Part shown: positions 1-10,809 of the stretch, in pieces
How the letters are laid out: each line of letters begins with the position of its first letter
How positions within the stretch are numbered: position 1 is the stretch's first letter
Origin: Azolla caroliniana
Lineage: Eukaryota; Plantae; Polypodiophyta
Assembly (NCBI GenBank): GCA_043228905.1
Contig: JBHGNT010000012.1
Span: forward strand, 1,922,001-1,986,000
DNA: 64,000 bases
Direction of reading: 5' to 3'
The notes under the pieces: model-generated
What the model saw: the letters and a program-made list of their open reading frames with translations, nothing else
Told to the model about the DNA's origin: nothing
Databases searched by the model: none
Translations under genes and position numbers: made by a program

Positions 1-1572
1 CTATTTGGACGAGAATTGGATGTTGGGGGGCTCCTTTCTTGCTGTCTTTGGTGGCTGTCCATGCTGCCACAAATAAGAATGGCGTTTTGCTTTAATGCAC
101 CATTCTCTATCATCAACCTTGGGTATAGAGTTTGTGGGATATTTTCTCCCCCCTCCAAACATGATTGCTTAGCCTTGATCATCGTCTTCACTTATTGTTT
201 ACAAACTGCACCTATCACTGCTTGATAATGTTGTGATTCATGTGATTGTCATCTTTTGAGCTGTGCCCATGTTTTTTGTGGAAGGCAATGCGAATATTCT
301 TGTTGACTAGCTCATTTCAACATGATTGCTGAGACTTGATCTTTGTCTTCACTCCTTGTTTACCACTGTGCATACATCAATCCTAATCTTGTGAGTTGTT
401 CGATTGTTGTCTTTCAAGTGCTTTGTTTGATCAACATGCCTTGATGCAAATGCCCATGTTTCATCACTTATACGTTGTTTTGCTTTCCATGAGTTTATCC
501 ATGTGCCTTTCAACATTGCTATTCTCCTAACTTCATATGAGATTGCAATGTTTTCTTATGTATATGCATTACCATATCGTTATATTTTTATTTAGTGATT
601 TGCCAATTTTTGTTGTAATTTTTGTTTGATTTGCCAAAGAATTGTTCTTATTTGATGCAAATTTGGAATAAGGACAAGTTGGGTGGCATTGGGTTTAGTG
701 GATTGAACATGGAATTTATGTTCTCAAGTTGCTTGTACCTAACATCAAATGGGTGTAAAAACCAATATTTGAGAAAGTTATATGATACATCATTTACTCT
801 TTATATGACATAGTGCATCAACATAATAAGAGTTAAAATCTTGACCTATGGTGCCACTATGCAATGAATTAGTCTCAATCTCACCATTGATGGGAAATCC
901 CATATGGTGGTAAACCTTAAAGGTGACTTCATTTTTATTGATTATGAGCTGCTCATGGAGGTTGAAGTTTAATAATTAGGGATGAAGCTTAATCAATGTT
1001 GACTCTTGGTCAAATCAAAGCATTAATATACACATACATGAAATCCATTCCCATAAAAACCTTGAATGCTTTGCTTCATGTAATCTTGAATAGTAGTGCT
1101 ATTTTTTGCCCTTACCTAATGCCTTTGTAATGTAACAAGCTAATTAAGATAATGACTAAATTGAGTATCTCTTCCACAAACTTTTCTCATTTATAAGAAG
1201 GGTTAAAATTTTGCTTGAAATGGATAATGCACTCATATGAATTTGCCCCTAATTGCATTCGAGGCCTCTTAATACGCCAAGTAATTGTATTCCACGCTTC
1301 GTAATCAATCATTAACACTTCTTTCTTTTATTTTGCTCTCTTGTGAGACACTAGAAACATATGTGAATATGCACTAACAATTCCTTATGCTCTAAGAAAT
1401 CTTATATGAGGATGAAGGCCATCAAATCATTATAAGGGAAAACCGTAATGGTTTCACAGCCCCAACTTGCTACCGCATAATAGAAAAATGTTTTTTGAAT
1501 CTATAAGAGTATAATAGAATTGATGCATTTTTGTAGTAATTGCATCAAGAGAAGAAGAAGAAGATACAATTT

Positions 1573-1952
1573 TAACAATCGGCAACGGTTTGAACTGAAT
1601 TGAACCGCGACTTAACGATTTAAATGGTTTGGTTCGGTTTCAACCGCTAGAAACTGCGGTTTAATGGTTTTTTAAATTATTTAATTATTTTATTTTTAAA
1701 AAAATTTAAAAAAATGTTTTTAAACGATCTTTTCATTTTTAGACCTTATTCTCACATTTTAGGAACATCTTTAAAAATTTTAAAAAATGGAATATTTTAA
1801 ATTTAAAAATTAAAATTTGACCTAAGTTGAAAACCAAAACCGAACCACAAAACCGCGGTTTAACGGTTCCGTTAAGGTTTCAAAATTTTTAAACGGTTCG
1901 GTTTGACCCTCTCAAACCGAACCGAACCGAACCGAACCGTTGCCGATTGTTG
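1573..1952. mobile_element. Non-autonomous TIR element (MITE, probably hAT-derived) rich in AACCG/CGGTT subterminal repeats
   Basis: Ends TAACAATCGGCAACGG...CCGTTGCCGATTGTTG. Near-duplicated flank GATACAA(T/C)TT at 1563-1572 and 1953-1962. Same family as 15786-16313, in the opposite orientation. Confidence 0.8.
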
Positions 1953-2333
1953 GATACAACTTACAAGTGAGGCTTCGATGAAGAGGTTTTGTTTTTGTAA
2001 CTATAAGAAGTATAGGGCTAATTTCGTAATTTATCACAACAGTTGAGACTATTTCTGAAACATGCATTTGCTTATTCATTCCATGGCGAGAGTTGCTCTG
2101 CTCTTCACAAGAAGAAGAATATGATGGTGATGGTGATGGTGATGATGATAGGTTCATGTCTTTGCTCCCGAGATATGGATTCCTGTTTCTTATTCTCTTC
2201 GCAGACCACAAAAAGATCATCAGATGAATACCAGGTGAGCAATATGAGAGAGAGACCACCGTGACACATGTGGATACTTCGTAATGTTCTGAGAGAAAAA
2301 GATTAGATTTTTCCCGCCCAGAGAATTGGATCC

Positions 2334-4346
2334 ATGCTCTCAAGATTGTATGAGAATTCTTGTGTCAGAAAGAAAAAACATGCGTATAGTTCTTCTGGCA
2401 TTCATAGAGATAAGGAGAGTTCGTCTTGTGTGGCTTTACTAAAGTCTTGTGCATCTAAGAAAGATCTACATGAAGGTATTAAAATACATGCTATGGTTAT
2501 AAAAAAGAAGTTACTTGAGAAGAGCTCTTATGTTGGAAACAGTGTTGTGAATATGTATGTGAGATGTGGTGCAATGCTAAAAGCTGAACAAGTTTTTCAA
2601 GAGCTTCCTATTCGGAATGTTGTCACTTGGAATTCACTTATTTCAGGATATATACATCAAGGGTTGTTTCAGTCTGCATTCAATTGTTTCACTCTAATGC
2701 AGAGTGATGACGGTATCTTTCCGAATGCGATCACCTTCACTTACATCTTGAAAGCATGTGGTAGTGTTAGGGATATTGAGAAAGGCATACAAGTTCACGA
2801 GGAGGTTGTTCACAAGGGTTTGTTTGAGAAAGACACCATTCTCAGCAATGCATTGGTTGATATGTATGTGAAATGTGGCATGTTTACAAAAGCATGGCAT
2901 GTTCTTGATAATATGACTATTCGAGACACAGTCTCTTGGAATGCGTTGATTGTGGGATATGCTCAGCATGGACAAGGGGAGGAAGCATTAGAATGCTTTG
3001 AACATATGCAATGTGAGGGTCTACGTCCAGATGTTATCACATTTACTTGTGCGTTGAAGGCTTGTGGATGTATAAGATCGCTTGTTAAAGGCAAGAAAAT
3101 CCATGATGAGATTATTGACAAGGGTATGCTTAATAGAGGTACTGAGATTGGCAATGCCTTGATAGATATGTATGCAAAATGTGGTGAACTCAAGAAAGCT
3201 CAACGAGTTCTTGTTCATGAGATTCTTTTGCGTAATGTAGTCACTTGGAATACTTTAATCACAGGGTATGTCCAACAAGGTTTAGGTGAAGAAGCACTTG
3301 ATTCATTTCACCAGATGCAAAGAGAAGGCATCTCTCCGGATGCTATCACCTTCATTTGCATATTGAAGGCTTGTAACATGACAAGTGCATTTGATAAAGC
3401 AAAACAAATTCATGGCGAGGTTGTCTCCAAGGGAATGCTAAGAGGAAATATTGCCCTGGGGAATGCTTTGATAGATATGTATGCCAAATGTGGTTTATTG
3501 GAGAAAGCGCAACAAGTTCTTCATGAGCTTTGTATTCGGAATGTTGTCTCCTGGTCGACACTGATAATCGGGTATACCCAACATGGAAAAGCCGAGTCAG
3601 CTCTCAATTGTTTCAAACAGATGCAGGAAACTGATGGCATCACTCCAAATGAAGTCACTTTGTCTTGTGTCCTCAAGGCTTGTGGAAACTTAGGGATATT
3701 AGGGAAGGGCAAAAAAATTCATGACGAGATCATTCATAAAAGATTGCTCGGAAGTGATATAGTGCTTAGCAATGGCTTGATTGATATGTATGCCAAATGT
3801 GGTGCCTTGCTAAAAGCACAAGAAGTGTTTGATGGGCTACCATTCCGGGATGTAGTCTCTTGGTCCTCATTACTTGCTGGATATGCTCAACATGGACATG
3901 CGGAGGAAGCTCTGAATTGTTTCCAAGAAATGCAAAAGGATGGTTTTTCACCAACTACAACAATCTGCCTTTCTCTCCTGAGTGCATTTAGCCACTCAGG
4001 TCTGTTGGATGAGGGTGTAAAGTACTTTGAAAATATGAGTAAAAAATATGATATTATACCAACCATAGAGCACTATGCTTGTATGGTTGATCTTTTGGCT
4101 CGTGCCGGGTGCTTAGTTGAGGCGATAGTGATAGCGAAAAAGCTACCATGTTTGAGTTACCTTCCCGTTTGGGATATTTTGATTGGTGCAAGCCAAAAGT
4201 GGGGAAATGTGGCTGTTGGTAGACTGGCCTTTGAGTATGCACTAGAGCTTGACCATAGTAATGTTGAAGCTTATGTATCTATGTCTAATATTTATGCGGC
4301 ATCTGGTATGCGAGACGATGCAAAAGGCTATCGAGGACTGGCATGA
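2334..4346 (+). CDS. PLS-class pentatricopeptide repeat protein with C-terminal E region and no DYW domain (organellar RNA-editing-factor type)
   Basis: 670-aa intronless ORF with repeated P-L-S triplets (NALIDMYAKCG / RNVVTWNxLIxGY / PDxITFxCxLKAC), followed by EHYACMVDLLARAG...WGNV...AYVSMSNIYAA. Confidence 0.93.
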   Translation: MLSRLYENSCVRKKKHAYSSSGIHRDKESSSCVALLKSCASKKDLHEGIKIHAMVIKKKLLEKSSYVGNSVVNMYVRCGAMLKAEQVFQELPIRNVVTWNSLISGYIHQGLFQSAFNCFTLMQSDDGIFPNAITFTYILKACGSVRDIEKGIQVHEEVVHKGLFEKDTILSNALVDMYVKCGMFTKAWHVLDNMTIRDTVSWNALIVGYAQHGQGEEALECFEHMQCEGLRPDVITFTCALKACGCIRSLVKGKKIHDEIIDKGMLNRGTEIGNALIDMYAKCGELKKAQRVLVHEILLRNVVTWNTLITGYVQQGLGEEALDSFHQMQREGISPDAITFICILKACNMTSAFDKAKQIHGEVVSKGMLRGNIALGNALIDMYAKCGLLEKAQQVLHELCIRNVVSWSTLIIGYTQHGKAESALNCFKQMQETDGITPNEVTLSCVLKACGNLGILGKGKKIHDEIIHKRLLGSDIVLSNGLIDMYAKCGALLKAQEVFDGLPFRDVVSWSSLLAGYAQHGHAEEALNCFQEMQKDGFSPTTTICLSLLSAFSHSGLLDEGVKYFENMSKKYDIIPTIEHYACMVDLLARAGCLVEAIVIAKKLPCLSYLPVWDILIGASQKWGNVAVGRLAFEYALELDHSNVEAYVSMSNIYAASGMRDDAKGYRGLA

Positions 4347-6379
4347 AAAAAAGTTTGAATGAAGGCATGATGTCCCAGTTTTTTTATCTGCAACATTGAA
4401 TAAAGTGTTAGGTTAATGAAGAATACTTATGCAAGATGATCAATGGTCTCTCTCCAAGGTATTGATTCCATGGATGTAGAGATCAACATTAGATTCATTT
4501 ATATTGTGTCAATAATGATGCTATGGCGAATCATCATTGATCAGATAAACAATCCGAATTTGACTTTGGAAAGGATTCTTGCACTGTCAAGAAATAGAGT
4601 ACATTCTAGATACTCTTTAAGTGTAATTAATATACTTGATGGTGAACCAAAAGTGCCACCATAGAATACAGAAGTTTCCATTTGATCATGTGATTTAAGT
4701 AAGAAGATACTACGATCTAATTGATACAATTCTCCCTGTTTTGACCTTTTGTTTCAATCCATTTTCTCCTTTTATGGATTCCTTATCTCATAATATGTGA
4801 ATGTGAGCAAATTTAAGAAAGATATACCCTGACAATGGCAATGTCAATGCGGGGACTATCATGCCCCGCATGTCAGCTGATGTTTAATGATATTTACAAA
4901 TTACACGCGAGGTAATGCCACTTAACCGCAACATTCCTACGATCATGGATTGAACCCCCACATCAATAAAGTGTGATGGTCATATGTCCAAATTATTTGT
5001 GTCTTCAAATGCTATCTTCCACAATTTGGTTCAGTTTAGTGTGTATAGATGTCAAACAACGTCCCCGTAGAAATTAAATGGCCAAAATATGAAATGTGAA
5101 GCACTATGTACATAAATGATGGAAGTCTCTAAATCAATAATCTCAAACTATCCTCGTTGCCTTCATTTAGGCACAACACCTCACATTGAGAGGTATAGCC
5201 TTTTTGCTCCATTCTCTTAACCACATCTGCTTTTATTTTGATAAACAACATCCTTATGGTTGTTATTGTAAATTCAGATTTTGTCATCAACATTTATGCA
5301 TTCTAGATTAAGAATTTGGTTTCTGTCATTGACAATAACACATTCTAGATTGTGAATGGGCTGCCTTTGAAGTTGCACATGTGCTCACCCCCCATATGCA
5401 AAAGTATTTGGTGATACGAGAAAGGAAAATGTGTGCATGATATCCCTATGCATGAGGAGATACTCATAGATACATGATAATTTAAAATTTTTGCATGACT
5501 TGACAACTCAAATTATCTAGTAGATTAAGTTCAAGATGGTACGATTGATACGGGCTTCAGCTTAGGAACGATTTATATTCATTAGATAACATTCCCACAT
5601 ATTGAACACTGAAAAGATGTTGAACAACAAGGCAAAGAAAGATGTGAACATGTGCGACTATTTACTTACATGTCAAGACTAATTGGCATGTATTGTATTT
5701 CTTAACAATGCCAGATTCCTTTCCAAAGTTTGACTCCAATAGTCTCTTTGCTGATATTGATACTGAAAGTAAATAAATTGGACAAGAAGCTTTACAATGC
5801 CTCACAATTGATGATGATGCTACAACATGTTTTTTATACATATGTATGCCTTCACAAGTTTCAATGAACTTTGTGCCACATCAACATGGTTTTACAATGC
5901 ATCACAAGTTCCGATGACCAATCAAATGACTTCCACATGTATTTAGAATTAGAACGAAGTTGTAGTTGTTTCGTGCCACATGTCAAGCAACCAATGACAA
6001 TTTGCCACACAATGCAGATGTCCAAATTGCATTTACAAAGGTTGGGAGCAGGGCAAGTGTATTTATAAATTATAATATAAATGTAGAGATAGTGTAATAC
6101 TCGGACCCTTTACTTTTTGTTTGTCTAGGGGGATATTATGGAATCATCCTCGGTCATTGTCGCAAGTGACATACGAGTATCATATCCTTTTGTATTGTTC
6201 TTTTGTTTTCAAAGGAACTTCATATTTTGTTGGGCGGTTTCACACTAATCTCTAGAGCCACAAGAGCTTCTTCTTCTTCTTCTTCTTCTTCTTCTTGTTC
6301 ATAATACATAGACAGAAAAGAGAAGAGAGGAGAAAATATCTAAATCAAACTCCAAGTAAGAAAAGATTTTGTGCCCAAA

Positions 6380-7418
6380 ATGTGGTGTGGAAGTAAACCA
6401 CCTCCAGATGTAAGTAAACTATGACTAGATCTACATAAATTTCTGTTATGTTTAGAGCTAGTTTCTTCTATCAATGTTAGGAATGAAGCTACCACTAGAT
6501 CTACAAACTGCAACTATTTAATGAGCAGGGCTGTATAACCCAATAAAAAAAATGAAGGAAGGGAGTAGCCCATGATGGCATGGTGAGGATAAAATGCATT
6601 GCATACATATTGTGTACATATAAATGAGGGTTATGCATTGGATTTGAACTAATGACTTTGATGTTTTTCTTGGAGATGAGATGCAGTATCAGACAGTCAT
6701 CTTAAAGGTGCGCATGAAAGGAAAGAAATCAGGGAAGAAGGTCACCAAGATTTTACAAGACATGGACAGTGAGTGAGTGTGTGTTGTGTTTGAGAGTGTT
6801 CAAAGAGAGAACATAGTGATGGATCTCTTGAAGCCTATAATTGTAAATTTGAGAAAAGCTAGCGATAAATAACAAGAACAATACCATTTCCTCATTACTA
6901 ATGAAAATTTGTAGTCATATAGCCTTGGGGTACACTAAAATTCCTGCATAAATGGTTTGGTTTAAATGGCCTTAGAGATTTGATTAAACAGCGGTTTGGT
7001 TTCGTTTTTGTTTTATATATAAATGGTTCGGTTCAGTTCGGTCCGGTTTCAAGGCAAAAGAAACCGAACCGAACCGAACCGAACCGGGCCCATTGCTACA
7101 AGTGATGGAAGGGTTAATTTTCCTTTTGGTTTGTGTGTGTGTGTTTTAATGGTCACTTAAGGCGTCGATGATTATGAGGTGGATGAGGAGCTCCAGAAAG
7201 TGACTGTGACAGGTCATGTGGACCCGAAGAAAGTTGCACGCAAGCTCGAGCAGAAGTCCGGCTACTCCGTGGAGCTTTGGATAGAGAGCGATCTCTCCGA
7301 GCCCACTAGAACCCGTAGTAGCTTGTGGCGTTTCGACTCCTCTTCCATACGCAATTCCTTCTCACGTACCACTAACATGTTCAGTGACGACAACCCCAAT
7401 TCATGCACCATCATGTAG
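6380..7418 (+). CDS. Heavy-metal-associated isoprenylated plant protein (HIPP family), ~122 aa, 3 exons: 6380-6409, 6687-6768, 7162-7418
   Basis: GT-AG introns join MWCGSKPPPD / YQTVILKVRMKGKKSGKKVTKILQDMD / SVDDYEVDEELQKVTVTGHVDPKKV...ELW in frame. Ends in the canonical HIPP tail FSDDNPNSCTIM* (CaaX box). Confidence 0.85.
6940..7090. mobile_element. Degenerate AACCG-type MITE remnant in HIPP intron 2
   Basis: GGTTCGGTT and AACCGAACCG arrays like the subtermini of the MITEs at 1573 and 15786. No clear TIR or TSD. Confidence 0.5.
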
Positions 7419-9853
7419 CCATTCTAGTATAGATCAATGCTACACATGGAGGGGAGCCTTACCTCTTGACTCAATTGTGTAGCCTCAGTTATCGACCTGA
7501 CATGTTTGGGCACACAAGAGTTCACATCAACATGGGCTCTCATAGATCATATTTGCCCCCCCATGGATGTTAATAATATATATATCATATCCATCTATCC
7601 CATTTCTTTATCTTCATGATTTACCATTTCTTTTGGGATATGCATTGATACGCAATGTTCAATACCTAGAGTTGTCATCTATTCAAATGCCTCTTTTGTT
7701 AAATGACTAAAGCTTTATGTTCTTTTCTTATCTATTCAAAACTTTGTATGTATGCTCATGAATGATTCTCTCATGTGTAACTTTTGGGGACACAAAATAC
7801 TCTAAGACCTTAAAGTTTACATTGACGTATTGAAATTGCTTCCAATTTAGAATTATATGTGTATATATCAATGTGTCATAGTGCCCTCATATCACATGTT
7901 CGAGAAGCGCCTCTTTTTCCTTTAACTTGTCCTTTACGGGAAGTTTGGCAGGCACCATATTTTTTTCGTCCCTATTGATTTCCCAAAGGCTAAGGATTAT
8001 AACCCCATCTTTTCATCGCTTTCAATAAAAAATCTAGAGAAGAAGATATTTATACACATGTGCCCCATCCTTTTCTTATTTAAAAGAAAACAAGCCATGT
8101 GGTTTATAATGTTAGTCAGGGTATGTGAGGACAAATGAGAGAATAGTATGAAATATTTATTGAACATGGCTAGAACTCCTTATCCCTTTCAATTTCTCCA
8201 CTTTATTGAATGTGAGGCTTTGCCAAATGTCTACATAGTTACACAAACATACTAATCTGAATTTATCTTCCAAACAAATGCATTTTCATCTTGATGTCAT
8301 AATGCATATTTCATGTTCTTTGTTGTAGTCATAACTACTCTTAGACATGCATATATTGAGGTAAATTTTGTGAATCTCAATCCATGTAAGGAGCCATAGA
8401 AGCATTTTTTGGCAATTTTGGATGCATCATTACGTGGATTCATAAAGGGTTATCAACCTTGTTTGACATTAGTCACGACTATTGTATGATATATATTAGA
8501 AGAGAGTCAATTATTTGCTTCTTATGAGTGATTATACCCACACAACTATCAAGGTACCATTGCAAACTAGATAGATCACTATCTATGCTATTTACATTAC
8601 TTATATTTAAATTTGTTTTTTCTTTTCAAGATTGATATTTTGTGCAAGACTTTCTTGTGTAGCATTTCATGCTATTTACATTGCAATGGAGGGATGGCAC
8701 AACATTTAAGGTTTGTGAATGCAAAAGTTTTTTGTAAAAAAACATTTAAAACCCTAGACGAACAATTAGTGTGATAAGACTACCAAGATACATGAAATTA
8801 GTATAATTAAGACCATTAATATAATCTATCTCTACATTTGGAGATGCAAGAAGTTCACATAAACACAACTAAAATTTGTAGAGAATCCATACCATCGAAG
8901 AATGTATGGAAGTTAAAAAGGCTAAACCAACCTTCTTATATAGTTGGTAAAATATAAGAAAAGCTACACAATACCAGGTGAGACGAGCAAGAGCTAGATA
9001 TTTTTCCTTACGATGGGACAATGAGAGCTTTATAATGCGATAACCCACATCACATAGATGTCATCCCAACTAGTTGCAAAAGATTGAGGTATTTTATTTC
9101 TTGTGGTAGGCTCTCTAAGATCAATGTCATTGTCAATCTTTTTTTACTCTTGGTATGAGTGTCATGTTGTTTAATGACAAGGGTCAAAAGGCACCCTAAA
9201 TAGTGGAAATGTTCGTAATCATGGATATCTTTTGAGCATGCATGCATGCATGTATATGTGACTCCCAGGTCCAAAGTTCCCAAATAAAGTATTCTCTTAG
9301 ATTTTTTTGGTGCTAATTATATAAGCAGTTCCTCAAAAGATAAACTATTCCATGTTTTATGCCAACACGAGCTCAATAGAGCATTAATGAAGAAAATGAT
9401 AATGAATGACAAATTTTCGCTGACTAACTTAAACAAATGTCTTATTGATGTGAGTGGAGATGACCATTGACGAGATGTTTGTTACATACCAATGTAGCTA
9501 GCAGTAAGGATATCTCAATATAAAACCTTATTTCTTCCAACTAATGTAGAGACAATGCTAACTCTACATACACACGAGAGAGCAGGAGCTGATGTGTGTT
9601 GGCTGACTCGCTTCTACTTGCCAGTGCAGAGCGGAGGTCAAATGTAGGGCACACAAACCACCACACCCTCTCTGCAGGTCCTGCCACTACACCTCTGTAA
9701 CCTCTCTATAGGACACCTCTGAAACAGTCGGTAGATGCCACAACAACCGCCGATGCCCCAGCTTGACGGTCGCCGCCGATTCTTCTTCACTGCCGTGCTA
9801 AACTAGGGTTTCCCCCACCCAAAGTTCGAGTAGGTGGGACGCTCGAACAAAGC

Positions 9854-10082
9854 TTCAACGAGTGGGACCTAGTTCAACGAGTGGGCCCCACTAAAGTTCG
9901 ACGAGTGGGACCTAGTTCAACGAGTGGGCCCCACTAAAGTTCAACGAGTGGGACCTAGTTCAACGAGTGGGCCCCACTAAAGTTCGACGAGTGGGACCTA
10001 GTTCAACGAGTGGGCCCCACTAAAGTTTGACGAGTGGGACCCAGTTCAACGAGTAGGCCCCACTAAAGTTCGACGAGTGGGT
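9854..10082 (+). repeat. Tandem array of ~5 x 43-bp units (24+19-bp subunits) in the LINE 5' UTR
   Basis: Unit AGTTCAACGAGTGGGCCCCACTAAAGTTCGACGAGTGGGACCT starts at 9871, 9914, 9957, 10000 and 10043. Confidence 0.93.
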
Positions 10083-10352
10083 CCGTGGGCTCCCACTAGA
10101 CTGGGACCAGTGGACCCCACACCTAATTTCAAAGGTACCCATTTCAACAAGTGGGACCCACCCAAATTTTGACTAGTGGGATTATACTTAGAATACAACA
10201 TGTTACTTCCTACTATTGGCAACTCCTTTTGTATGATGTTGGACGAGGAACTAACGCTAGCGGACATGCTAAAGAAGCACCGAAGCCCTCCCTCTATCTC
10301 CCTATTGGTGCAGGACATCAACAAACTTCCCTCCAAGATCCTCATTCCCGGG

Positions 10353-10809
10353 TGTTGAGAATCAAGCTCAACATAGCACAATGTGTGAACACACCTTTTG
10401 AGAATCTATGATTACTCAAAGGTCAAGAGTCACACGACTACTCTCTACACATTAACTATGTGTCATAGAATCATATTCTATGACACATAACTAATGAGTT
10501 ACATATTGCCCATGACTATGAGTCTTCAAATTCCCCAAGAGAGAGAGTGGTTGTTGTAAGTTAATGAAAAGGGAGGGTGACTCTATATAAAGCACCCTCC
10601 TCATACTTCATACTAAGTTGGTTGTGACTCCTTGTAATGCTACATTTTCATTTATCATATTCTCCTTGTTAATATACATCTCCTTCTTCTTGAGTAATTC
10701 ATTTTTGTCTCTTATCCATCTTGTGTTTCTCTTCTCTCCTCTTTCCTCTCACACATACACATAACACACATCTCTTCCGCTACACAAGAATCATCATCAA
10801 TTCTTTACA
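10353..10809 (+). mobile_element. Solo LTR inserted in LINE ORF1
   Basis: TGTTG...TTACA ends, perfect 5-bp TSD CCGGG (10348-10352 / 10810-10814), internal CTATATAAAG TATA at ~10583, no internal domain. Confidence 0.85.

Noticed and set aside
4846-4871. GC-rich hairpin ATGCGGGG...CCCCGCAT as a Helitron end or terminator
   Set aside because: No CTRR 3' end follows and there are no other Helitron features.
9854-10082. CRISPR-like regular repeats
   Set aside because: Head-to-tail tandem units with no unique spacers, no cas genes, and a eukaryotic LINE context.
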